Shown here: piece by piece, positions 52,404 to 62,170 of the stretch
Layout of the letters: every line of letters starts with the position of its first letter
Numbering within the stretch: position 1 is the first letter of the stretch
Assembly: GCA_963755915.1 (NCBI GenBank)
Contig: CAVWLP010000002.1
Coordinates: 224,001 to 288,000, forward strand
DNA from: an uncultured Phycisphaerales bacterium
GTDB taxonomy: Bacteria > Planctomycetota > Phycisphaerae > Tepidisphaerales > Tepidisphaeraceae
Direction of reading: 5' to 3'
Length of the DNA: 64,000 bases
Position numbers and translations under genes: made by a program
Notes under the pieces: model-generated
What the model was told of the DNA's origin: nothing
Seen by the model: only the letters and a program-made list of their open reading frames with translations
The model's database searches: none

Positions 52404-53543
52404 TTACGCTGCCAGTTTCAAGCCCAGATCCTGCGCTTTGACCCGGCCGGTTTTGATCCGCCACAGGTCCACCGCCAGTTGCCGCGCCAAGGCCACCGCG
52501 GCTTTCTTGCGCATGGCTCTGGCTCCGGGGTTCTCGAAGACCTGCTTCCAGCGCTTCAGACGAAAATACTCCGGCTGGAACTTGGGCAGCAGCCACGCCA
52601 GTTCCACCAGCACCGTGCGCAGTCGGCGGTTGCCATGTTTGTCGATCGACAGATTCATCCGGCTCTGGCCTGAGGAGGATTCTCCAGGGCAAAGCCCGGT
52701 GTAGCTGGCGATCTGCCGGCGGTTCTGGAAGCGATTCCAGTCGACGATCTCACGATCCAGCAGCTCATAGCTGAGGTGTCCGATTCCCTTGATCCGGGCC
52801 GATTCGCGGGACTTGGCCTCCGCGCAGAGCTGGCGGGTCAGTTCATCTCGCTTCTGGTCCATCATCTCTACCATCTCCAGGTCGCGGGCAAGCTCCTTGC
52901 GGATCGGTTCGATCAGTTCTGAGCCGTAGAGTTCTTCCAGCTTTTTCAGCAGCGGCTCACACGCCAGCGGCTCCCACCATTTTCCCGGGCGATGGATGCC
53001 GAGGCTGTGCAGCAGGCTTCGTCCACGGGCGATCCAGCGCTGCCGTTCCTTTCGGTAGGTGTTGCGCTCGCGCCCCAGGCGGCGGTGGATCTCCTGGGCC
53101 ACCGTGGGGACACGCACCAGACGCAGCGCCGTCGTGTTGCCGGCGAGATGCCGGTCCAGACGCGAGAGCAGTTCGGTGGCGTCGATCTTGTCGTTGACTC
53201 TCTTGCGGCCGCGGGACAGACGTTCGGGGGCACAGACCAGGCACTCTACGCCCAGGGCGGTGGCTTCGCGGTGCAACGCGAAGCCGTAGGGACCGGCTTC
53301 GTAGACCATCACCACGCGTTTGGCCAGCGTCAGCTGCTTTTTGAGAAACTCGATGAAGACGGCCGGCGAGAGTTTTTGGGCCGGTTGAATCCCCTGATGA
53401 TCGACCATCCGTGCGAAGGTATATTGCTGGCTGTGGGTATCCACGCCGAGTTTGATCACCTCGTGCGACTGATTGGGCTTCGAGACTCTCTCCCCTCGAA
53501 CTTGGGAGGCCTTGCGGCTACCTTTAGAAGAATTGTGTTTCAT
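52404..53543 (-). CDS. IS110 family DEDD transposase/recombinase (~379 aa)
   Basis: LGVDTH (D), YEAGPYG (E), NDKIDA (DD); C-terminal ASYTGLCPGESSSG..KHGNRRLR, KAAVALARQL. Confidence 0.95.
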   Translation of the reverse strand: MKHNSSKGSRKASQVRGERVSKPNQSHEVIKLGVDTHSQQYTFARMVDHQGIQPAQKLSPAVFIEFLKKQLTLAKRVVMVYEAGPYGFALHREATALGVECLVCAPERLSRGRKRVNDKIDATELLSRLDRHLAGNTTALRLVRVPTVAQEIHRRLGRERNTYRKERQRWIARGRSLLHSLGIHRPGKWWEPLACEPLLKKLEELYGSELIEPIRKELARDLEMVEMMDQKRDELTRQLCAEAKSRESARIKGIGHLSYELLDREIVDWNRFQNRRQIASYTGLCPGESSSGQSRMNLSIDKHGNRRLRTVLVELAWLLPKFQPEYFRLKRWKQVFENPGARAMRKKAAVALARQLAVDLWRIKTGRVKAQDLGLKLAA

Positions 53544-53709
53544 GGTTGTCGGGTTTAGTCGACGGTGGCTAGCCCGACAACCAACATGCCATCTAACCGT
53601 CCAAGGCAAAAGACAGAAGCCGGAGACGGTGGCGCGAAACTCAGGGGCATCTTTTTCGCGTGATTGGGGGCACACGCCTGCGCGGGGCGTTGCCGAGTCT
53701 TTTCTTAGG

Positions 53710-53840
53710 GGGACGGTTGAGAGGAAAAGGACGGGGAGTGGGGTGGGTGCGGGAGGGGCGAGGGGGAAACCCTTGGGGCGCCCTTGCGACTCCTCTCGCG
53801 TGGTTCCCCCTTGCCTCTCCTGCATTGCTTTTAGCATTTT
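53710..53840 (-). repeat. ~130-bp hairpin repeat family, copy A (inverted relative to copy B)
   Basis: rc AAAATGCTAAAAGCAATGCAGGAGAGGCAAGGGGGAACC...GTTTCCCCCTCGCCCCTCCCGCACCCACCCCACTCCCC...CAACCGTCC. Confidence 0.8.
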
Positions 53841-53870
53841 GAATTTTGTCGCGATGAATTGCATGGCCGA

Positions 53871-54163
53871 CTAGACCTCCATCCCAACCACGGCCGCATC
53901 GAGAATCGCCGCGTTATACGCATCCAGCGGCACGCGCTTTTCGGGATAAAACGGCATCGCCGCCTCGCGGCTCTCCGTAAACGCGATCAGGTCCCCCTCG
54001 GCCGCGCCCACTCGTCGTAAACCACGAGTGATTCACTGCTCTTCCGCGCCTTGCCTGCGAGGCTGAAACGATCCTGCACTTCGACGAGCAGAAAACGCCC
54101 GCCGACGAGCGTTGAATAGAGGGGCTGAAGCGTGACGCGGCCAATGACCTTGCCTACGCGCAT
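53871..54163 (-). CDS. EutN/CcmL BMC pentamer (frameshift near 54010)
   Basis: MRVGKVIGRVT...VVYDE / GAAEGDLIAFTESREAAMPF..PLDAYNAAILD. Confidence 0.85.
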
Positions 54164-54868
54164 GACGCCAGCTCCTTCAGCCGATGCTGGACTTGTTCCG
54201 GAGCGGTTCGCGGCCCGCGCGAAACGCGCGAGCAGATTGCGAATCTGCGGCAGACTTTTGTACGGATATTCCAGGATCAGCACGTTGGCGCCGATGGCGG
54301 TCATCGCCTGATCGACCGATTCGAGGCAGGTGCCCACGATCGCGCGGAGGCTCGAGCAGCGGTTGGCGTAAACGATCGCCTCGGCGGCTGATTTGACGAG
54401 GAGAACGCCGCCGCCGGCCTGGGAGGATTTGATCTGCGACGCGAGGTGCTTGATGACGGCGGTGAGTTGGGTGGGCTCGCTGGTGAGATCGATGGGGGCC
54501 AGCCGCGTTTCGCGCGATTGAGCCGCCAGGGCGGCTTTGGCGGCGCCGCAGGGGCCGTCGCACCACCAGAGAATGGCGCCCTTTACCCCCTCGGCCGGTA
54601 CCCCGGGAGAGGGTTGGGGTGAGAGACCCCCTCCCCTACCCTCCCCCGGAGTACCGGGGGCGGGGGAATTAAGAGTACCAGGGGAGGGGAAATTGGGAGT
54701 ACCAGTGGAGGGTAGAAGAGAGTCGGGCCCGTAACCTACGCTGATGCGCTTGCTGCGGATCCAGTCGGCCGCCAACGGCGTGAGGCGCGCACCGTAGGGC
54801 AGCACGATCTGCCCGTCGCCCGATCCGCGGGCGTGAAGGTCCTGAAGTTGGCGGGCAGTCACGATCAT
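54154..54868 (-). CDS. PVM-locus protein with RpiB/LacAB-like C-terminal domain (frameshift near 54205)
   Basis: IVTARQL..LTPLA.D, YANRCSSLRA...GANVLI; alternate frame ends PEQVQHRLKELASCA*. Confidence 0.7.
54586..54720. repeat. REP-like inverted pair plus three 24-bp tandem units inside the coding sequence
   Basis: ccccctcggccggtaccccgggagagggttggggtgagag / ccctcccctaccctcccccggagtaccggggg match the 27008-27137 element. Confidence 0.75.
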
Positions 54869-55131
54869 TCCATTTCCTCATCCACGAGCCCGACGACGTA
54901 CCATCGCGCGGGGCTTTTTTCGTTGCCGACATATTCGCGTGCGCCTTTGCCGTCGCTGCTGAGCACGACGATCTGCCCGAGACCTGCGCCCAGGCGATCG
55001 ACCGCTACGAGCACATCCCCCTCGGGCTTTCGATCGGGCCCCAGCACCTGCACGAGCGGCATGCGGAGCCCGACCAGGCTCGGATGTTTCACCGTTGCCG
55101 TCGCGTGGCCGATGACGAGTCCCTGAAGCAT
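54865..55131 (-). CDS. EutN/CcmL BMC pentamer
   Basis: GLVIGHATATVKHPSL.G, AVDRLGAGLG..V, VVGLVD. Confidence 0.92.
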   Translation of the reverse strand: MLQGLVIGHATATVKHPSLVGLRMPLVQVLGPDRKPEGDVLVAVDRLGAGLGQIVVLSSDGKGAREYVGNEKSPARWYVVGLVDEEME

Positions 55132-56539
55132 CTAGATCACCCTCAATGCTCGCGTCATCATCACCCGGCGATAACGCGTGAACGTGAGCGGCGTCGTGAT
55201 CCCCTCGCCGGTCGGCGTGGCGATCGAATAGCTCAGATATCCCTCACCCCCCAGTCCCAGCCCCGCCATGCTTGGGCCGTTGACGACAAACAGCGTCGTG
55301 TTCGCCTTGCGGCCAAAGCGCGTGATGGTGTCGAGGTTTTGGCTGTGGATCAGGGCAGTGTGGCGATAGCCATGCTCACTTTCGATGGCCAGTTCCATCG
55401 CCTCGTCGACATTTTTAACGCGCACGAAGGGAACGAACGGCATCATCTGCTCTTCCTGTACAAACGCGTGATCCGCACTGGTTTCGCCGACAAGAAGCTG
55501 CGTAACCGGCGGCACCGAAACCCCGGCCGCCCGCGCCAAAACCGAGGCGTCTTTGCCGACGAAATCCTTGTTCACGTGCGGGTGGCCTTCCTTGTCGGGC
55601 TTGAACGCGGACTTGGTGAGGGCGTCGATCTGCGATGAATTCAGGACGAACCCGCCGGCCATTTTCATCTGTTCGAGAAACTTGTCGAAGACGCTGTCGA
55701 CGCAGAAGACCTGTTTTTCGCCGATGCACAGAAGGTTGTTGTCGTAGGCGGCTCCTTTGACGATCGACGTCGCCGCGTTTTGAAGGCAGGCGGTTTCGTC
55801 GACGACGACCGGCGGATTTCCCGGGCCGGCAACGATCGAGCGCTTGCGCTTTCATGGCCGCTCGCGCCACGCCGGGGCCGCCGGTGATGACCAGCAGCGC
55901 GACCCCGCGATGGTTGAAAAGCTCCTCGGCGCTTTCCAGCGTCGGCGGCAGCACGCAGGTGATGAGATTGTCGATCCCGTATTTCGCGGCGATCTGCTTG
56001 TTATATTCCGTGATCGCATGAGCCGCGCAGTTGGCCCCGCTGGGATGGGCGTTGGCGACGAGCGAATTTCCCGAGGCGATCATGTTGATGGCGTTGGCCG
56101 TCAGCGTGGGAACGCTGTGCGTCACCGGCGTAACCACGCCGATGACACCGAAGGGGGCGAATTCTTCCAGGCACAGGCCGTTGGATCCGCTGGAAGCGTG
56201 GGTCTGCAAATATTCGACGCCGGGCACGAGTTCGAGGATTTGGAGCTTTTCGATCTTGTGATCGAGCCGGCCGACTTTCGTCTCGGCCAACTCCATCGCG
56301 CCCCACTCGCGGGCGTTTTGTTTGGCGATCGACTTGATCAGCTTCACGATGCCGTCGCGATCGTCCATCGAGAGCTTCACGAGCTTCTTCTGGGCCTCGC
56401 CTGCGGCGGCAACGCAGTCGTCGATTTTCGCGTAAACGCCGTGACCTCCGGCGCTGCTTGAAGATGCCGGCGCCGGCCGATCGTCGCCAAGCCGGCGCAT
56501 CACTTCGCTGACCACATCCTGGATAAGCGTTGCGTTCAT
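55132..56539 (-). CDS. CoA-acylating aldehyde dehydrogenase (EutE/PduP-like) with N-terminal encapsulation peptide (frameshift near 55845)
   Basis: [48 protein letters not shown]. Confidence 0.93.
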
Positions 56540-56542
56540 GGC

Positions 56543-56881
56543 TTATTTTTCCCCCGTGGCGGAGTAAAACGATTTGCCCGAATAAACCGCCGAGTCGACG
56601 ATCCCGACAATCACCGCGTCGGCCGGCATGTTTTTCGTCTGGTCGGTCATGCGGGCGCTGCTTCCCTGAACGACGAGTACAAGCTGTCCGTCGCCCACGC
56701 CGACGACGTCGATGGCGACGATGGCGCGGCCGGTGTTTCCCAGGCTCGCGGGCGTTGTCGTGTTGGGCTCATACTTCACGTTCAGCGGCTCGACGACCAT
56801 CAGCTTCTGGCCCCCCAGGGCCTTGTCTTTCTTGGTCGAAACCACGTGACCGGTAACTCTTGCGAGGAACATCGGGTTCAC
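56543..56881 (-). CDS. EutN/CcmL BMC pentamer
   Basis: MFLARVTGHVVSTKK, AIDVVGVGDG, QGSSAR, DAVIVGIVD. Confidence 0.93.
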   Translation of the reverse strand: MNPMFLARVTGHVVSTKKDKALGGQKLMVVEPLNVKYEPNTTTPASLGNTGRAIVAIDVVGVGDGQLVLVVQGSSARMTDQTKNMPADAVIVGIVDSAVYSGKSFYSATGEK

Positions 56882-56929
56882 CTCATTGGATAGCGCTCCC
56901 CTGCGGGTCGCGGCTAAACGGGCGGATCA

Positions 56930-57199
56930 TCAGCCCATCTTGGCGACGTCGGAATGCGGACGGGCGATGACGTGCACCGAGACGATCTCGCCGACTTTTC
57001 CGCCCGCTTCCGCGCCGGCGTCGACGGCGGCGCGAACGGCGGCCACGTCGCCGCGGAGGGTGATCGCCACCAGCCCGCTGCCGACCTTGTGCTGCTCGAC
57101 GAACTCCACGTTGGCGGACTTCAGCGCCGCATCCAGCGCTTCGACGGCCGCCACGATGCCCTTGGTTTCGATCAATCCGATTGCTTCTGAGTTTGCCAT
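56930..57199 (-). CDS. BMC-H shell hexamer
   Basis: AIGLIETKG...[12 protein letters not shown]...[10 protein letters not shown]...HVIARPH. Confidence 0.95.
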   Translation of the reverse strand: MANSEAIGLIETKGIVAAVEALDAALKSANVEFVEQHKVGSGLVAITLRGDVAAVRAAVDAGAEAGGKVGEIVSVHVIARPHSDVAKMG

Positions 57200-57220
57200 G
57201 ACTGTTCTCCGAAAAAAATT

Positions 57221-58335
57221 TTAGTTGGCTGTTAAAACCGATTCCGTTTGCAATGCGACGATAAGTTCTTCGTTGGCGGGGACGATCCAGATTTCTCCGT
57301 TCGATTCGACCTTGCTGATGCGCTCTTCCTTCCCGCGCGTCTGGTTTTTCTGCGGATCGAGAACCAGGCCGGCGAAATCGAGGTCTTTGCAGATTGCCTG
57401 CCGCAGCGATGTCGCGTTTTCGCCCATTCCACCGGTGAAGGCGAGCACATCGCACCCGCCGAGGACGACGAGGAACGCCCCGATATAGTGGCGGACAGTT
57501 TCGACGAACGCGTCGATCGCCAGCTTGGCGCGGTTGTCTCCCGCGGCGGCGGTGCGCTCGATGTCGCGCATGTCCGGCGACACGCCGCTCATTCCTAACA
57601 GTCCGCCCTCTTTGCCCAGCCGGCGAAAAATCTCGTCCAGCGAAATTCCCTGCTTCAGCAGCTTCATGATCGCGAAGGTGTCGAAATCCCCGACGCGATT
57701 GTTATGCGGCAAGCCTGACTGCACGGTCATGCCGAAGCTGTTGGCGACGGATTTTCCGCTATCGATCGCGCAGACCGAGCAGCTTCCGCCGAGGTGGCAA
57801 CTGATAATCCGGCGGGCCGAGTCCCGACCCACCAGCTCTGGGACGCGCATCGAGATATATCGATGGCTGGCGCCGTGGAAGCCATAGCGGCGAATGCCCA
57901 GCTTCTCCGTCCACTCGTGGGGGATCGCGTAAATTTGGCGAGACAGCGGAATTGTCTGGTGAAACGCCGTCTCAAACGCCGCCACCTGCGGTACGTTCGG
58001 CAGCTTCTCGCGAAAGGCACGCATCGCCGCGATGTACGGCGGATTGTGCGCCGGCGCAACATCCGCAAACTGCTCCATCGTCGCCAGCACCTCATCCGTC
58101 ACGCGCACGGCCCCGCTGATCGGCCCGCCGTGTACGGCCTTGAAGCCAATGGCGTCGGGTTTATGCGGCAGCGCAGCCATGATCTCATCCAGGCAATCGC
58201 CATGGGTTTTGTGGGGACAATCCTTCTGCCCGATGCGCTCGAAACTGCCTGCGCAAGTTCCGCGCCGCTGGACGCCATGTCCAGCAACTTATACTTGAAG
58301 CTGGTGCTGCCGAGGTTGGCCACAAGAACGAACAT
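57221..58335 (-). CDS. ackA: acetate/propionate kinase (frameshift near 58220-58245)
   Basis: ANLGSTSFKY, VHGG, APAHNP, FETAFHQT, RRYGFHGASH, CHLGGS, FTGGMGEN, NEELIVA. Confidence 0.93.
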
Positions 58336-58338
58336 CGT

Positions 58339-58641
58339 TTAGAGCGCCGCGCCGCCGCCACCGGCGCCGTATCCTTCGAGCAGATCCGGATGCGGGCGCG
58401 CGATGACGTGATGCGCCACCAGCTCGCCGACTTTTCCAGCCGCTTCCGCGCCGGCGTCGACGGCGGCCTTCACGCTGCCCACGTCGCCGCGGACGATCGT
58501 CGTTACGAACGCCCCGCCGATCTGGATCGTCTTGATGATCTCCACATTGGCGGCCTTGCACATGGCGTCGGTCGCCTCGACGAGGCCGACCCACCCCTTG
58601 GTCTCAATCAATCCCAATGCCTGACTCGATTTCTCTGACAT
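58339..58641 (-). CDS. BMC-H shell hexamer
   Basis: ALGLIETKG...EATDAMCKAANV...GDVGSVKAAV...HVIARPH. Confidence 0.95.
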   Translation of the reverse strand: MSEKSSQALGLIETKGWVGLVEATDAMCKAANVEIIKTIQIGGAFVTTIVRGDVGSVKAAVDAGAEAAGKVGELVAHHVIARPHPDLLEGYGAGGGGAAL

Positions 58642-58663
58642 GATCTGGTCCTTGTAAAAAAGA

Positions 58664-58963
58664 TTATTTCTTCGCCGCAGCGGCAGCCTTCGGCTTGGGC
58701 GTCATCCCGACGAGCTCGTCATGAGGCCGGGCGATGACGTGAACGGAAATGACCGTTCCCACGCGTCCCGCAGCTTCCGCGCCAGCGTCGATGGCCGCCT
58801 TCACCGCGGCCACGTCGCCCTTCACAAACGCGGTAACCATTCCGCTGCCGCACTTGTCCCAACCGAGCATCACGACGTTGGCGGTTTTCAACATCGCGTC
58901 GGTTCCCTCGATGAGGGAAACCAGCCCTTTGCATTCAAGAAGACCCAGTGCTTCACTTGCCAT
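58664..58963 (-). CDS. BMC-H shell hexamer
   Basis: ALGLLECKG...DAMLKTANV...GDVAAVKAA...HVIARPH. Confidence 0.95.
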   Translation of the reverse strand: MASEALGLLECKGLVSLIEGTDAMLKTANVVMLGWDKCGSGMVTAFVKGDVAAVKAAIDAGAEAAGRVGTVISVHVIARPHDELVGMTPKPKAAAAAKK

Positions 58964-59007
58964 AAAAAAATCCTTTCGGTGAAATCAGTTCACCCTAGTT
59001 GAGCAGT

Positions 59008-59727
59008 TCACTTGATCAATTCCATGTTCGTTGCCGACTCCAGATCGCAGGCGTTTCCTTCATCCGTGTCGATATGCACTTCCAGGATCACCTTGGGGTG
59101 ATAGCGAACCCTCAGGTTGTGAAACGTCAGCCCGGATGGCCCGGTGATTTTCAGTTTCATTTCGTCGCCGTCTTTCACGCCGTAGAAGGCCATGTCTTCC
59201 GTGGACATATGCACGTGCCGCTGGGCACGGATGACGCCCTTGGAAAGTTGGATCGCGCCGGCGGGGCCAAGGACCGTGCACCCCGGCGTGTTTTCGTGGT
59301 TGCCGCTGATTCGCAGCGGCAGATCGATGCCCAGGTAAATGCCATCGGTGTAGCTGAGTTCGATCTGCGTGTAATCGCGGATCGGGCCCAGGATGCGGAC
59401 ATTGGGGATGATTCGCTGCCGCGGGCCGACGACGGTCACGAGCTGCTCCGAAGCAAATTCGCCCTGCTGGTAAAGATCTTTGAGCTTGGTGAGCTTCGCG
59501 CCGGCGCCGAAAAGAATTTCCAGGTTCGCCTGGCTGACGTGCATGTGCCGGGCGGAAACATTCACTACCAGCGGATGGGGCGGCCCCCCCGCGCCGGACG
59601 GAGCAGAAGCCGATTGCACCCTTTCGCCTGGCGGGTTGATCTGCCCGCGCAGCTTCTGGCGCAGCACTTCCCGGACAAGCCGCTCCACTTCCGAGCGATT
59701 AAGGACCGAACCGCCTGATGCCACCAT
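59008..59727 (-). CDS. pduL: phosphate propanoyltransferase PduL with N-terminal encapsulation peptide
   Basis: VSARHMH, RILGP.R..TQIE, R.SG, RHVHM, HIDTDEGNA; EVERLVREVL helix. Confidence 0.94.
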   Translation of the reverse strand: MVASGGSVLNRSEVERLVREVLRQKLRGQINPPGERVQSASAPSGAGGPPHPLVVNVSARHMHVSQANLEILFGAGAKLTKLKDLYQQGEFASEQLVTVVGPRQRIIPNVRILGPIRDYTQIELSYTDGIYLGIDLPLRISGNHENTPGCTVLGPAGAIQLSKGVIRAQRHVHMSTEDMAFYGVKDGDEMKLKITGPSGLTFHNLRVRYHPKVILEVHIDTDEGNACDLESATNMELIK

Positions 59728-60093
59728 CTGAACTCCTCATTTCCGATATCGCCATTATTATGCATATTATTCCAGAACTTTCCAATGTTTTTCAGACGGT
59801 CATAACTACTTTTATGTAAGAATGATAGAATCGATGCAATATGATGGATAATCCGATTATGAGATATTATGATTTTGCGAACGAGAATCGAAGCCGCGAT
59901 GTCACCCACCGCTGAAAGGAATTTTGTGCATTGTCGGTTTGGCAGCGAGGGTTTTATTCTGAGGGATGGCAATGGCCAGCGATCTTTGCCCCTGGGCTAG
60001 TCGTAAAATCTGGCTGGAAGATTGTCGGGGATGAAGGCTGGCATATTTGATCCACTGGCCTTGATCCATTTTTTGACGCCGATCAGTTCTGAC

Positions 60094-61331
60094 ATGGACC
60101 GTCCGCCTACGACAACGGGTAATTTATCTGCGCTTCATGAAAAGGAAGCGCACCTTCGTCAATTGGTGGAGGAGCTGAAGGGGAGCCAAGACGCGCTAAA
60201 GGCAGCGAAAGAATCGGCTGAAGCCGCGAATCGACTCAAAGACCGTTTTCTTGCGGGACTCAGCCACGAGCTGCGAACGCCCCTGACACCGGTTTTGATG
60301 GCGGTGGCGGCGCTGGAAGCTAATCCCGGCCTGCCGCAATCGGCGCACGATGAACTGGCGCTGATCCGCCGGAATATCGAACTGGAAACCCGGCTCATCG
60401 ACGATCTCCTGGAACTGAGCTGCATCGCCTCGGGAAAGTTTACGCTTCGCAACCAGCGGGTGGTCCTTGCCGAGGTCATCCGGCATGCGTGCGATTCCGG
60501 CGCAAGCTGCTGGAGGGAACCAACGTACGGTTGCACTGCCTGGCAGACTCCGGCCTGGGGGAGATCAATGCCGACCCTGCCCGGCTTGAACAGATTCTCT
60601 TAAACCTGGTCCAGAACGCCGTCAAATTCACGCCGGCCGGGGGAGAGATATTCGTTGCCGCCCAGCGCATCGGCGCAAGCGTGCGGATCAGCGTGCGCGA
60701 TACCGGGGTGGGAATTTCATCGGAAATCCTCGACCGAATCGGCGCGGTGCTTCAGCGCGGGGAAATGGGAATCGCCCGCCCCTTTGGGGGCCTGGGGCTG
60801 GGGCTCTCGATTTGCAAAGCCCTGACAGAGCTTCATCGCGGTAAAATCACCGCGGAAAGTGATGGACCCGGGCAGGGATCGGTGTTTACAATAGACCTGC
60901 CGACGCAGGATGTGACTATGGGCAGCAGCGAATGGGAAGCTGGGGGAAGCAACGCGGCCCAAACCGCAAAATTACGGTTGCTCGTCGTCGAAGACCATGC
61001 CGATACCGCGCGCATGCTCGGCAAGCTGCTGGGTTCGGCGGGGTATGCCGTTAAAACCGCCACCGATGCGGCTGGGGCGCTCGACCTGGCCTCGCGAGAG
61101 ACGTTTGACCTGGTGGTGAGCGACATCGGACTTCCGGACGCGACGGGATACCAGCTCATGCGCGAGATCAAGACGCGCTACGGAATCAGCGGAATCGCCA
61201 TGAGCGGATATGGGATGGATGAAGACGTGCGCAAGAGCCGGGAGGCGGGGTTCAGCGATCATCTGGTGAAGCCGATCAGCTTCGCGCAGCTTGACGAGGC
61301 GATTCACCGGGTCGTTAAAAGCGTTCCATAA
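60094..61331 (+). CDS. hybrid histidine kinase-receiver (frameshift near 60500)
   Basis: LSHELRTPL, NLVQNAVKFT, DTGVG, GLGLGL, REC (VVEDH, SDIGLPD, KP). Confidence 0.9.
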
Positions 61332-61360
61332 AAAAGCCCGCGAATATTCGCGGGCTTTTT
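61331..61360. terminator. bidirectional rho-independent terminator
   Basis: AAAAAGCCCGCGAATATTCGCGGGCTTTTT between convergent genes. Confidence 0.88.
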
Positions 61361-61388
61361 GTGAGCGAGTCTGAAATTCAACGTAAAT

Positions 61389-62093
61389 TTAATTGCGCGA
61401 CGTATCGAGTTGCGCGATCTTGGCGCGGGCGTCTTCGAGGGTGGGATCGCACGCCAGGGCCTGTTCATATTCCGCCTTGGCTTCGGACTTGCGGCCGTTG
61501 GTCTGGTAGATCGAGGCCAGGTTGTAATGGATCTGGGCGTCGGTCAGGGCGGGCGTCCACATGCGGATCGCCTCCTGGATCTTGTTCTGGCGGGCGAGCA
61601 TCAGGCCGTAGTTGGCGCGGCAGGGGCCGTTCTTGTAGTCCATCGCGATCCCCTTTTGATAGGTCGCGACGGCCTGCTTGGGCATGCCGGCCAGTTCGTA
61701 GCAGTAACCAAGGTTTCCGTAGGCAAAGGGGGCGTTGTTGGTTGCCGTGATGTAGCGCTGCCAGATCGCGATCGACGTGGGGAAATCCTTGACCTCGGCG
61801 TAAATCACGCCCAGGCGGTAGAGCGCGGGGAGGAATTTCGGATCGAGGTCGAGGCAGGCCTCGTACTGATGGGTGGCGGCGCCGAGGTGGCCCTGTGTTT
61901 CGTCAAGCTGGCCGGCCGCGAAGCGGGTATTGATCTTCAGCGGCTGAGGCTTGACCTCGCTGATCTTGACGTTGTTGTTGTTCTGCATCTTCTGAGCGTC
62001 AGAATCGCTCAGCCCCGAGATCGATGCATTGTGCTGCGTGCTGCACGCACAGAGGAAAATCGTCAGTCCGAACAGGGTCGCGATGTTCTTCAT
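61389..62093 (-). CDS. TPR-repeat lipoprotein
   Basis: Lipobox-like LCAC after a hydrophobic signal; several TPR motifs (ALYRLG, AYGNLG, IHYNLA). Confidence 0.85.
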   Translation of the reverse strand: MKNIATLFGLTIFLCACSTQHNASISGLSDSDAQKMQNNNNVKISEVKPQPLKINTRFAAGQLDETQGHLGAATHQYEACLDLDPKFLPALYRLGVIYAEVKDFPTSIAIWQRYITATNNAPFAYGNLGYCYELAGMPKQAVATYQKGIAMDYKNGPCRANYGLMLARQNKIQEAIRMWTPALTDAQIHYNLASIYQTNGRKSEAKAEYEQALACDPTLEDARAKIAQLDTSRN

Positions 62094-62170
62094 ATAGTAA
62101 TTCCTCGGTCAAACGATGCGGCAAGTTAAGCAGCAACGCCAAAGCTTGACGGTCATATCGGCTATTTGGT

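Larger units (their letters stand above)
52062..53594 (-). mobile_element. IS110 family (IS1111-like) element
   Basis: 12-bp sub-terminal inverted repeats ATGTTGGTTGTC (52064-52075) / GACAACCAACAT (53576-53587); CT(A) core at both junctions; long non-coding region 3' of the transposase; TTGACA at the right end. Confidence 0.9.

Noticed and set aside
51948-53840. Repeat copies A and B as terminal inverted repeats of the IS110 element
   Set aside because: They are diverged from each other and a third copy exists without an IS; the true 12-bp sub-terminal IRs and core lie inside them.
53544-53864. N-terminal extension of the IS110 transposase (486-aa ORF), and the similar extension of the aldolase to 52077
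   Set aside because: Both extensions run through IS ends and the non-coding hairpin repeats; the internal starts at 53543 and 51885 fit better.
53987-54868. RpiB-like/EutN fusion
   Set aside because: An alternate frame gives a natural stop at 54154, and EutN has its own AAGGAG RBS and ATG at 54163.
2571-61331. About 18 frameshifts (adk, ligase/GNAT, hppA, CPBP, kinases, ABC genes, thiL, aldehyde dehydrogenase, ackA, EutN) as pseudogenes or programmed recoding
   Set aside because: They are single-base shifts, many in GC runs, in otherwise undegraded and often core genes across the whole window; this pattern fits long-read indel error. It cannot be confirmed without reads.
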